From Chlorokybus atmophyticus (lineage: Eukaryota; Plantae; Mesostigma and Chlorokybus algae), in contig RHPI01003156.1 in assembly GCA_009103225.1 (NCBI GenBank), positions 1,293,043 to 1,357,042 on the forward strand: 64,000 bases of DNA, written 5' to 3'. Below the pieces are notes generated by a model. That model searched no databases. It had not been told where the DNA came from and worked only from the letters and a program-made list of their open reading frames with translations. Of this stretch, positions 11,440-23,715 are shown in pieces. Made by a program: the position numbers and the translations under genes. The first letter of the stretch is position 1. Each line of letters opens with the position of its first letter.

Positions 11440-11900
11440 TGCTGAGTTTACAAGCACATACTGTAAAGGTGACACGTACAGCTGCAAGTACAACATCTGG
11501 CGTATTTGGACATGACAGTGTTCCAAACAGCAGCTGGCCTATGCACTCGGCTGTACTGCAAGCAGGACCTGCCGGCGTACAAGGACATCCCACGCTACCG
11601 GGCACCACTGCCCGAATCCAATGTGGCCAGCAGCATCAACCTTGGAGTAGTGCAATGCCAGTATGTGCGCTTTGCAAGAGTGTGCAGGTATCAAGTGCAC
11701 TTTGTACAGGCGATGGTGAACCTCTTGGTGACCATGCGTGCGGATGGTCACCCTCTCAAACGCATGCTGGCCACGTTGCGACAGAAGATGATGCGCAACG
11801 AGCAGGAGCTGTACTGCACACCACCGGCCTTGCTGTACAAGACAATCTTCGAAGCCTTCAAGCGCCAAACAGCAAAAAGATTGCAAGGGGAGCAGACTGC
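11440..11900 (+). mobile_element. 5'-truncated Penelope-like (Chlamys-type) RT C-terminal fragment directly downstream of GS
   Basis: AYLDMTVF...AGLCTRLYCKQDLPAYKDIPRY...SNVASSINLGVVQCQYVRFARVCRYQVHFVQAMVNLLVTMRADGHPLKRMLATL. It aligns by eye to the 28.4-28.8 kb RT end (QGLCRKLYDKKREPCFKHVP...VVSRFILSQKLC...HF...VNLL...GY...LL). Confidence 0.75.
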
Positions 11901-13362
11901 GTGGTGTGGAATGCAGCCTGCCCATGCGACAGACAGGTTCGGCCAACCCTGCCACCCAACCCCACCAGCAGCGCCTAATTGGCGGCAACAACACAGCAGC
12001 GCTGCACAGTGCAGTGCTGACAGTGGCGGGAGTGACGTCAGCGCGAGGAGTAGAGCAGAGGGGCAGGGCAGAGGGGCCCTGCCCGAGGGAGACAAAAGAG
12101 GGTTACAGCGTCCGCAAGCAGCAACAGGCGTGAGAGGAGAGGGGAGGTGTGAGAGGGAGAGGAGAGGCAGGCGGAGGGGTGGAGAGGTGGAGGAGACAGG
12201 AGCGGAGGGGTGGAGGGGTGAAGGAGAGGGAGGGAGGCTGGGGGTGGGAGCGGGAAGGGTGCATTCACACGCTGCATGCTCGCGCGCGCAAACACTGCTG
12301 TCGGCCTACCAGTACTGACGCTTCGACTCATGCTTGCTTGCTTGCTGCAGGTAATTACATTGTGATGCATGCATAACTTGCATGACCAACGGGGTGGTGG
12401 TGTAGGTAGTAATGTACATAGTGTAGTAGTATAGCCTGGTCGTGGACTATATGGGAGAGTGAGTACGGACTGCGTGCTGTTCCGATGCATGCGTGTGAAT
12501 GACACTATGCTATGAGCAATGACCTAGCGCATTGTGTGTACTACCATACTATCACGAATTTCACAACTATGCAACATCGTGGTTTTCAAACACTGCCACA
12601 CTTCGGCTAGATCCTGCTAACACTGGCAATGAATAAACGTTGTTCACACTACAACTGCAGTGCATATGCAGAGCCCACATAGCAACATACTCACTGTGGC
12701 GGTCCAGTTAGGTGATTTTATGGGGTGGGTGTGCGGGGTGTGTGGGTGTGACTGTGGCTATGGCGGCGTGGCACTCGCCATTTCGCCATGGACGCTGGTA
12801 AGTCGGTGTACAAAGAATGCAATGCCGTGAAAACCACGTAGTGTTGGCCACGTGCAACCTTTGTGTGTTATGTCTGAGTGGCACAACATACCATGGGCTT
12901 GGGCCAGCCCAGACGCTTAAGCATGCACACAATGTAGTGCAAATGCAATGCACTACTGGTGGTATTGCGGTGATCTTGTCAATATGTGATCAGCCAGGCT
13001 GGTAACACCTGTACTGGTCAGACACAGTCAATGGCCGTTAGCAGATACAGCCTGCCCGCCAGTTACAACCTGCCGGAGCAATGAATGTGACACAGCCTGG
13101 TTAGCTTGTAGAGAATAGACACATAGCCTGGCAGTTGTAGAAGTAACCAGTGCAATGGAATGGCGTGCGCCTATGTGATGATGGTGTGCATGCATGTGAA
13201 GCACTACAGCAAGAGACTGCGCATGTCAACATCCCTTGCGCCAGCATGTATGATGGAGCACTCGTACAAACGGTGTCAACTACTCTATCAGCGTTAACAG
13301 CCAGTAGTCCACAGCATCTATGCTAGCGATGCTTATTGGATCTATTCCTATCTTATTCTATC

Positions 13363-16300
13363 TTATTTAGTGAGCACCTCTACGCAGCCCGTGTAAGTGC
13401 CAGAGACAGCACACATGATGCCAATTATCACTACTAGATAGTTGACAATCTTCTCGCGAGTTGAGACCTGGTCTCCAAAGATAGCGAGGTAGCACATTGA
13501 CGGGAAAATCACGCTCACACACCTGCAGCAATCAGAGAGCACATAAGCACAGGCAGTAAGCACTCAGTACCTAACTCCAGCGCCACATGATTTAACTGCT
13601 TACAATGTGAGGCACGCGCCAATAAGCGACATAACTATCCCAAAAAATGGTACCGATGTCGCCAGCAACTGCACAGACCCAACAATTGGTCAGTTATTGC
13701 AGGGCCGAACACAAGGATAGTGAGACAAATGACACACAAGTGACGACACCGAAAACAGTGAACATACCAGTGCTGACAAACCGAGCGCCGTACGAACCGC
13801 TATCTTCTTAGGGGGGACAAGAAAGCCAAAGGTTTGGAACTTGTCTGCAAATGCAGCCATAATCAGCGCTAACCGCACCTGTTGCCCAACCGCACACAAT
13901 CCCAGCACATAGCAATAACACATAAGCACACCTGGGTTCTCATTGAGTTGCAACGCATTTTCAACTCCACGCTCCACTGGTTCCAGTGTCAAGGCAAACT
14001 GTGGTTGCCACACAACAGACGCATAAGACACATTGCATGCTACCAATGTTGACAACTACATTGATCGCTATGCAACTGGTCCACCATTGCTCTGTACCTT
14101 GGTAAAAGGATTGACGACAATCAGGCTGCAATCACATAAGCAATCATTAGCTAACCAAAGCGCCCACACCAGCTGTAAGCTGCCTGCTGCTTGACACCAT
14201 GCACAGCGCAAATAACAAGCAAACACCAACATACCAGGTTGCGAACGTGGCCAGCGGCCCGGCCGGCAAGTTCAGCGTTACTTCTTCCAAGACGCTACTT
14301 CCATACATCTGCAAGCGGCAGCAGGCAAAATGTAGTTTGTAAATCCATCATGTCACAGGTATGGCTGTGGCAGTGCTGTGAGAGAGATACTCACCGCATA
14401 GCCAACAACACCTAGAAGGGCACACACCCCACCAACGAGCAGGTACCTGACCCCGCAGTCAGAACAAGTTAACAACAGTATGACGCAAGAGCAGCCTTAA
14501 AAAGGGTAAACTCACGTGTAGTTCAACACCGTGTCATACTGCTCTGGTTGCTGCATGCTGCTCTGAACACGCCAGCCAATGCATCAGTAACCCAATCGAA
14601 ACGAGGGATGAACACAGCAAATCACAACAAGCAGTGCAATCGACACACTCCAACCGCTACCTTGATGCTTGGAAAAACCGCATGGCCAGCGTACACGAAC
14701 GCCAGCAAGCCAAATGTGAGTGGAAGGGTGGACGGGTGAAACAACGCAGTGTTGTCCGCCGCTACAAATCTGTTGCACGTTGTAAGATTCGTTTAATGCC
14801 CAGTTGCTACTTGCGCTGCACATGTGGCCATGCGCAATGCATGTGGCATGAGACAATCTGTGTGCAACTACTGTGTGACTTATATGCAAAGCACTCAAAC
14901 GGGCGCCAATGCCCGTACCCTAATGAGTACCAGCTGTACAGCACAACACCAAGAAGAGATACGGATGCCAACGCACCGAAAATTCCCAAGCCAGCTAGCG
15001 CCCTGCAGCACATCAACGGACGAATCACTGCGTGCTACATAGCTTGTAATCAACAACGCACTTGCTGCGTGCCTGGTAGCAATTTGACAACACACACATC
15101 AACAGCCACAACAGCACTTACCGCAAGTCGGGTAGCCAGGTTGTAGGAATGAACGCAAAAGCGCTGAGATACATAACAGTTCTGGGGTCTCCGCCGATCA
15201 AACGCGTTATATTATCTCCTTCTAGGATGAAAAACAACCCGCAAGTGCCGACCAACTCAGTGTACAGGATAAACGTAATGAATTTACGGCCAATGTCGCC
15301 AAACGCCGCTTCTCCTATGTCCTCATAGCTCTCCAGTCCACGCACAAACCGTTTAGAGCCAGTCGTGCCTTTCTGGGAGCCCGCCAAACACACCTTATCC
15401 TGAAAGACGCGCCAACAGATCGCAACTACGCCGCGCTGTACTTGTAAACAAATTTAACTACTGTATGTTTGAAGCTCACCTGGCAGTAGCCTAGCAGTTT
15501 CCCTGTGTAGTTGGTAACTATACCGAGAAGGGCCAAAACACCCAATGCGCCCCAGCCACCGACTTTCAACGCGAATGGAATGGACAGCAAGCCCACCCCT
15601 GCAATTGGAGTGCAAGTGATGAAGTGGCTGTGGTTGTACATGATATGTTATGCCAGCTGTCCGAGCCGCTGGTACTATTTCTTTGCTGCTTACCAAGAAG
15701 GATGTTGACGCAGTTGACCAATGCGGCTGAAAACGATGTGCCAGATTGATTGCCACTGGACGGGATGTAATCGTCTTCCATATGGAAGGTATCGCTCCAA
15801 TGCTTTGGCAATTCATTCTTCACCCGTGATGTTGTGATTTCTGCAAGGCAGAACAAGTGACTGTTAGCAACTGCGCTGCACCATCAGCGCATGGAATACA
15901 CCCCCTCTCACCCACCCGTACAAACACAACATCAACCAGCATTGTGCAAGGGGCACGATTGGTATGATGTGGAGGTAACCAGGTCACAAGGCAACCAGCT
16001 GGACAAGCGAATTGCCAACGTGACGGGAAGTATACTTGCTAGTGATGCCTGGGCTATGCTGAACTGTTTCTACAGCTGCTTCCTACTTACATCCTGCTGC
16101 ATTACAACACCCATGCGGTGAACAAGATCGCCATTGTCAACTGTGCATTGCATGGCCCCCTGTTGCGCACTGCGCATTACACCAGCAAGCTGATTAATCC
16201 CAATCTGAGCTTGTACTAACTCGAATGGTGCAGTACTGTTATGATTATTGGGTCGGCATTGTAGGAGAGACCTCACTTCTGTGCGTCATTGCTTGGCAGC

Positions 16301-16690
16301 AGACTTGTGAGGCAAACTATGTTAGCTGGGATCGACAAAGACGCATTGCCTAGCCAGCTGACAGCCAGATGTTGTCGCATTGCTGTCCGGTCGCAGCAAC
16401 TTAACAACAGACTTGCCTGTCCCCGGCGACACCACCTTCGCCACGGCACGCCTTGACGGTCTCCTCCACCCCGACTCTGTCTGTATTCTTGATGACAGGC
16501 GCCTCAGCGGCCTCGCTGACAACCTCGCTGACGACCAGCAACTCCGCCTCGCCGCCTGATCCACCCTCCCAAAGGACCCCAACGTCCTCCCGGCCGCCTG
16601 CGGCAGCTGCACAGCCGGCATTGCAACAGCGACGGAGGCGGAGGCGAAGGCGGAGGCGACAGTGCAGCTGGTCGCCATCATCACCGTCAT
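13363..16690 (-). CDS. Amino acid transporter, AAAP/AVT1-like (Aa_trans), multi-exon, with a transit-peptide-like N-terminus
   Basis: TSFSAALVNCVNILLG|VGLLSIPFALKVGGWG...NYTGKLL; SYEDIGEAAFG; LEGDN; PTTWLPDL; ending FPSMCYLAIFG...SGTYTGCVEVLTK*. Start codon and 5' exons are uncertain. Confidence 0.88.
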
Positions 16691-17381
16691 CGCCGAGTCA
16701 CAGCACCTAGCTGCACCCTCCACCCACTCCCTGATGAAGACGCCATCATCGCCGCCTCTCCCCACCCCGCCGCCGCCGCCGACACGGTGGCCGCAATGCT
16801 ACGCTAAAAGCCGCGTACTCACTCTCAGCCTCAAGCTTCTGACCCTTTCGGCTATTCAGTGCCATGCATTGAAGACGTCGTGCCCTTGTGCTCCGGTGTG
16901 CAATGCAGTGCATTGATGGCACGTTGGCGCTCGACAAGTGGCTAGCTGGGTTCTCTTGCTACGTTAAGCAAATGTGCTGCATGGGGCGTGGCGGCGGTGG
17001 CGGTGGTCGATGTGGTGAGCTGACGTGCGGAGAGGTGAGGTGTATGGTGAGCGTGCCGTGGGGAAGCCAATGTATGCGTCGTGATGACGTTGATTTGCGG
17101 TGAGTAGCAGCAGCAGCAGCAGCACTAGGCTGGTCAGTGTTTTGCTGGCTTGCTTGTTTGCGTGTGCGCCAAAGACAAGCAGACGATTAGCTTGTTGACA
17201 TGTGCTAAGCATATGGCCTGAAGCTGGTGCACTGCGGCTGCTGCTTGCGTGACGCTTGACGCATATGCATGCTTCAAGTAGAGCTTCCTATACTGTTTGA
17301 GCTGTCATCCAGCATATTTGCTTGGATTGCTTGGACCAACTGGTTATCTCAGCTGCGCGCAGTTGCTGATGTGAAAATCTG

Positions 17382-19380
17382 ATGGAGGCGATTGGGACCA
17401 ATCCCTTGGTTGCGTCCATGGCGTGCGCTCCGTATGGACAGTCTCGCTTTCAACTTGCACGGGGCAGGCTGCCACCACGGACACCAACCGCCTGCTCCGC
17501 TGGCACCGTCCAGCCCGCCCCCTTGAAGCTGACCGGCCCGCCCAAAGAGTGGGACTGGCGTGCTGCCACGAGAGACGACACCTTACGGCTGACTCGTTTG
17601 CACTGCCCAAGGTAAGAGCCTTGCAATTGTGATGCCAAGCTAAGCTCGCATCCAGCATCTGCCGCCTAGCACAGCAACACAGCAAACAGCATAGCATGGG
17701 CTAGGCTGTGCATGCACGTGACGTTTGTCTACATGCTCCTGTGAAGCTTATTGCCATTGGCGGAGTGTGGAGCATTAACCGTGGTGCCAAGAAGTGCGCT
17801 TTACGTGGAGCGGCGCACAGATGGTTATGTTGAGCCCGAGCGCATATGGCTGGTTGGCACCAGCCACGTGTCTCAACGCAGCACAGAGCAGGTCTCACGC
17901 AGCACAGCACACACAGACGCAAGTGCATGAGTAAACTGCGTAATGCTTTAACGTAATGCTTTAACAACAGCTTGCTTGCTTGCTTAGGTCCGCGAGGTAA
18001 TCACAGCTGCAAAGCCGGGTTGCGTGGTGGTCGAACTGTGTCGGAGCAGGTACAGCAGCGTGATCGGTTGCTGAGTATAAGTACAAGCACCAGGCTGTGT
18101 CATGATGCTGATGTTAGGTTGCGATTGCTTGGCAGAGCAGGCCTGTTGTGGGACAAGGATTGCACAGCTGAGCAGAGCACGCAAGATGATAGATCGGCGA
18201 GCAGCAACATGTTCAACCTTAGTGGCGAGTCCTTTGCATCCGCTGCTTCCCGCACACTACGCCTTGGTAGTACTCATGCTTTAGTGCACACCATCCATAT
18301 GCCATCATCACACGCATGCAATCAAGATTGTTACTGCCTGCAAGTGACAATCTCTTATTTTCGACACAGGAGGGCGCAGCGCATTGGCTCTTCGTCTTGC
18401 TTTGGCGAGCGTCTCAGAAAGGGCGCTTGGCACCGTGGGCAATGACATGGGAGTGGAGGTGAGACGGCCATAAGCATGCAGACGCGCACTCCTTCCATTA
18501 TGATATATGTATGTCAGGAGGTGACTAAGTGACAATCCAAGTTTCGTGCAGCGCGTGAGGCAGTCAAAGCTACTGGAGCCCAGTTGGTACTGGGAGATAG
18601 GCCAATAGAAATCACTCTACAAAGATGCTGGCAAGCGCTGACGCTCATTGAGAAGTTGCGCCTGTTGAAAGCTTTGATCAGCGGCATTGGTGAACCTCGC
18701 CCAAGGCTGCGAGAAGAGTTGCTCAATGTGCCACAGGCACGCATGCTATGTACTGCACTCATCTGGCTCATTTGTGCTGTTCTCCCCATCACCATGTTTG
18801 TGACGTACCCAACATTCTCGTGTATTAGGATGATGCGCTGTCAGCGCTCTTTGCACAGCTGGCAGAGCAGTTTCCATCATTGATGTCGCCACTGATCCAT
18901 GAGAGGGACACATACCTGGCGTGGTCCCTCAAGCGCAGCAAAGCAGTCAATGGTGTGGCTGACGTTGTTGGAGTGGTTGGCGCAGGTAACACTGTTATGC
19001 GTGTAGAATTGGTCGTTTGTGGTTGACAGCAGTTTACATTTGTTGAAGGGAAAAGTCCTTACTGGTGTAGCTCGGACAATCACTGTCTGGTTGATGGCTT
19101 GCTGGCTTTTCAGGACACTTGAGAGGCATTGCGTACGCTCTTCTGCACGACCATGGGTCACTAAAATTCAAGGTATGTGGTGGCGCACAAACAGTGCATC
19201 CCAGACATAGTGCTTCAAGAGGCCAACATCAGGTTACATACTTGTCCGCAGGACCTCGTTGGCTCGCATAGCGCACGCAAGCAGCCTGTGTTGGTGTCAT
19301 TGGCGCGCTCGGCTGCAGTGGAGGGCGCCATAGGCTTTGCAGGCTGGTGGCTATATCAGATGCTCACTTCCAGCAGCTAG
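17382..19380 (+). CDS. TraB/PrgY-family protein (plant organellar type), multi-exon
   Basis: ERIWLVGTSHVS; VREVITAAKPGCVVVELCRSR; LVLGDRPIEITLQRCW; LIHERDTYLAWSLKRSKAVNG..VVGVVGAGHLRGI; C-terminal hydrophobic tail. Start is uncertain. Confidence 0.9.
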
Positions 19381-19832
19381 TTGCATTACATATGCAGATG
19401 CTCTGCAATGTTTGCTGTAAGTTAATGCACAGTGACTATGCTACATGCGGATTGTCATTGTTGGACAAAGATTGGTTGGTATCCTTTGGACAAGAGCACT
19501 GAATTGCTTGCCAAGGATACTACTTAAACCAAGGCTTCTCCATGTTGCTTCGGTGGTTATTGATATATGTATTAGAGTTCAAGCCGCTCAAGTGTTAAGG
19601 CTTGTGCAAGTAATTTCAAACCTTGATTCAGCATACACGTGCATATAAGTATATTTTCCAATAGCGCCATTGTTACTGTTATGCATAGCAACTCTTGTGT
19701 GTGATGCCTATGAAAGTCTTTGCACTTGCTTGTGAGCTGTTGCGTGTCTACTGAGATTTGTGCTCATGCACATCTGCGCCAGCCATGTGTGCAGCTGATT
19801 GTGCACAGAAATGCTCTTGATTCAGTTGACCG

Positions 19833-19935
19833 TAACAATAATATGTGATATATACACAATACAATACAATATTACAATACAATAATATGTGATATATACA
19901 CAATACAATATTGATACAATATTTGTATCAATATG
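19833..19935. repeat. AT-rich tandem repeat with a terminal palindrome
   Basis: acaataatatgtgatatatacacaatacaata occurs twice, followed by the near-perfect palindrome tattgatacaatatttgtatcaata. Confidence 0.7.
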
Positions 19936-21385
19936 CAATATGCAATTACATACTTACCAATATATATTTCAACATTAAGCGTGACACGTATGCGTTAGAT
20001 GTGTTGCACATAAAGTTCGTGCACGTTCATTTGATTTGAGTAAAATGGCAAATCACATAGTCACTGAACGGGATAATGTTAACCATCAGCGTTTAAAGTT
20101 GACAGACACGGGTTATAATATGCTTCATTTGTAAACTTTTAACATGCTTAATCGTGTGATGTACATCATATCAAAAACGGAGTTGCTTTGTTGATGCATG
20201 TATGCAATTTGATGTATGGGGTCACCACAATATAGATCGTAGCATTTATGCACAACCATATGCGCACATGCAATGGATGCATAGCAGAGCAAGCAAGGCA
20301 GGCAGAATAAGCAGGGACAGTGAATATAATAACCGTGGTTGTTGCCTTGCTACATCACTTGACAAGTGCTGTTATATGCTATGCAATGGTAGCGGGGCAC
20401 TGCCGTTTGCAAGCAGTAGGCAGGTATGCTGTTGCGCTTTCTAGGTTGACCTTGTTGTGGGTAATTACAGCTTGCTTGCTCCCTATTGTTGTTGAGCACC
20501 ACAACAAATTACAAAAATGGATAAAATTGATTGTCAACAATGCACGCAGTGCAACAAGCAATGTACAATGCAAAACGCTGGGCCAACAATTGAGTGTTCA
20601 ACAACAATCACAACCGCAAATACAAAAAAAAAGCGCAGCAGGCAGGCAGGCTAATGAGAAGGGTGCTATATGTACATATGCATATACTTAAGGCGCAAAT
20701 ACAAGTGTCAACTTGTTGCAAATGCGCAAGCCTACGATATGTGCTTGCGCTTATGCCATTATATAAGATATGTAATTGCGACAACAGAGATACCGGATTG
20801 GCCACATGCACAGCCCATGCAATAGATATCATATGATGAGCGGTGGACGCATCAGCATATTCATGTAGCATTAGAGATATGCATAAGCAAACATCACAAA
20901 TGTTTGGGTGAATGCACTCCGAGACCGGCCCTAAGATGTTATTGCTCAAGTTTGCCTTTTCACGCGTGCAGCCCCATGTTAGCTGTGTCTTACCTTGCCA
21001 AGCTTACTCTCACCCCTACACAAGCCGCATAAAAGAACGAGTCCAGCTGAGAATTTTGGTCATACCGTTTAAAAATACATTTACTTTATAGCAAGACTTT
21101 AATTCTCAAGTCTCGCTATAATCTGGAATCAAAGAACATGTATGTTATTAGTCATAGTAAGCATTGGTCATTCCGCATATGTGACAGCTACAAGCGCATG
21201 TTGTCGTGTAACATAATGCAATATGGCTGCACAGCAAGAAGTATAACATCGCAAACCAATAGCAAACATGTGTATTATCAATAGAGCAAAGCACAGCAAA
21301 GCAGATAGGCTTGCTCAAGCCCTTAATTGCGCAAACCCAACAAAAACATCACCATCAACTGGCAAGCCTGCTTCACAGCCCACTA

Positions 21386-21834
21386 CATCACGAAACGATT
21401 TCATGATGATAATCACAGCACAATGGCCAAAAAACACACTATGTGCTTTTGTGGCCTGATGGTTCGTTTCATTGATAATCGGAGCTTGAGACTCAAAGGT
21501 GCTGAAGTCCAAACCGCCTCGCGACAGAACAACAAGGGTTTTTAAGGTCGTTGTTATCAAGCCATGAAATGATTGGTGTCGCGCATATGTTCAGTGCATC
21601 GCGCGACTTGACGAATGGCAGTCGGTCGGTCACTTAACGGCGCAATTTGCGCTGCGACTGCTTATAAATGTTACAAAGCGCTTCCACTAATACGTGACGA
21701 GATGCCCTGAAACTCACATCAAATGAGGACATAAGATATTTAAGTGGGGGGGGATGTCACGGGACGACTCGATAATAACGCCACAATGGCCACAAAACAC
21801 ACTTCGTGCTTTTATGGCCTAGTGGTTCACTACA
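21386..21834 (+). mobile_element. TRIM, older diverged copy 2 of the same family
   Basis: Degenerate 5' LTR ~21386-21471; PBS-like ttgataatcggagcttgagac (copy 1: ttggtcatcggagtttgagac); shared internal aatggcagtcg; PPT taagtggggggga ending at 21754; 3' LTR tgtcacggg...cactaca 21755-21834. No clean TSD. Confidence 0.75.
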
Positions 21835-22649
21835 GCTACCAAGTTGAGCGCGTGAACCGCAGTGAGCCAGTTGCTTTGCGGGCAACTGCGTAATATGTCG
21901 TTATTCAAACAGCGGAGTCAAAAGGGCAGCGCGAAAGTGCCTGCAAGCATGTTACGGTGCTTCATTTATTAATAATATACGTTACGCACTGCTGTTATGG
22001 CATGCAGCTACTGTGCCCAACAGATTGGGTGTCTAAATAACGCTCTTTTTTGCGGGCATTGTATCAATTATATTTGTTGGTATTCTAACGATGTTAATAG
22101 CTGAAACGGTTATCATGGTGACTTATTTTCAATGCTATGCCTATGTAGATAGGATTAGCCGCGAGTGTTTACGTCAACGCTACACATAAAAAGTGCCATA
22201 GATGCTCGCTGTGGCGGTTGTGTGTAAGTGAGGTGCAACTGTATGAGTTAACTTAATTATAAGAGGAAAGGAGCGATCCGAAGTGCGTTTTCATTTATCA
22301 TTGTCGAACACTGATCCGTAACGCAACGCAATATCCTTAGACGATCTTGGGGCAGGGAGCGACGGCGGGGGTAGCGGTGTTAAGATGAGGTTCTGTGGCC
22401 CAAGGCCCTCAAATAATTGAGGTGGACGCGGCGCTCGCGTAGCTTGGTAGCGTAGTAACGTGTAATTGTGAGGTGTGTGCTATTAGGCATGGTGCAGCAC
22501 CAACATCTGACACATACCTGTCCATAATAATAAAGGCGGAACATAATTATAACCTTTCAACCCCAGGCGGAGTCTGCAGGCAATGTTACAAGATGTTGCT
22601 TGCGTACATGATAGGCGCGAGGTTGTGTGAGCTACTAATTTGATAATCA

Positions 22650-22901
22650 TAGGTACCCGCATAGAAGACCCCCTTAAACGTAAAACCCCCACCTTACCCG
22701 TAATACGACATTCGTTACGCAAAGCCCCTCACCCTTTTTTGCCAAAGGGACCCCCACCCTGTTTGGCCGTGGGGCTTGTAATAGAGCCTTATCTTGCCCA
22801 TAAAACAGGCATCCATTACACAAAGCCCCTCACCCTTCCTTGTTAAAGGGGCTTGTATTAAAGGGGGTGGGGGGGAGGGGGGGTGGTTATATGGGTACCT
22901 A
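22650..22901. mobile_element. ~250-bp MITE with TA-flanked terminal inverted repeats
   Basis: Left end TA-GGTACCCgcatag..accccc, right end gggggtggttatatGGGTACC-TA. Internal duplicated motifs caaagcccctcaccctt and ggggcttgta. Confidence 0.6.
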
Positions 22902-23715
22902 CGGTAGTGTTTTGGTTTTCATTCCTTTTCTAGTCATGTTGGATGAAAGATGCAAACATGGGGGCAAAGAGGGGGGGGGGGGAGGCAACAGTGTAATTTG
23001 CATGATTCTACCTAGGTAACAACCATGACACTCCGCACTACAACCGAGGCCTGCGAACATGTTTGCAACACTTGCGATGGTCTGTTCGCTGGCATGCACA
23101 AACTCCAATATGCACCATGTGCACGCATAAGGAATTCATTGTAGAACATTGCTTGCTGGGTTGTAAGATCACAAGCTGTATTGTATATGACAATTTTGCG
23201 CATCCTCATTATCATAACAATACACCGTAGACACCTATCAATGCACATTATCAACTACACTATACTTGCACCTGAGCTCGAGTCAAGTGGGTTGAAACTT
23301 AAAAACCTGCCAACAGCAAAGTATGCACTGCCGCAGGTGCATGAGCACCTGAAAAAGAAACTGCACCCTTTCCCAACTGCTGGCATATTGGGGGAGGAGT
23401 GTGTTGCGAGTGCTCACCATTGCGGCTGCGCCAAGCATATCATATATCTGGTAATACCTTGCACGGCCGCAGCTTCTCCTGCAGGATACCCCACGACCCT
23501 GCCCTCAACTCCAACTGCCGAACTGAAAACTTCTCTACAAATGTACAAGGCCGACGCCATTACAGGGCCAAGCCGATGTTCTTGGGTGGTCCCTGCCCTT
23601 GTTGCGGATGCGCGGCTGAAAGCGAACTGCAGCAGCAAAGCCGCAAACCCAGGTGAGCAACTTGATTAGGCAAAATGAGAGTAGCGCAGTCCTCATGCAA
23701 CAAGGCTCTTACAGC

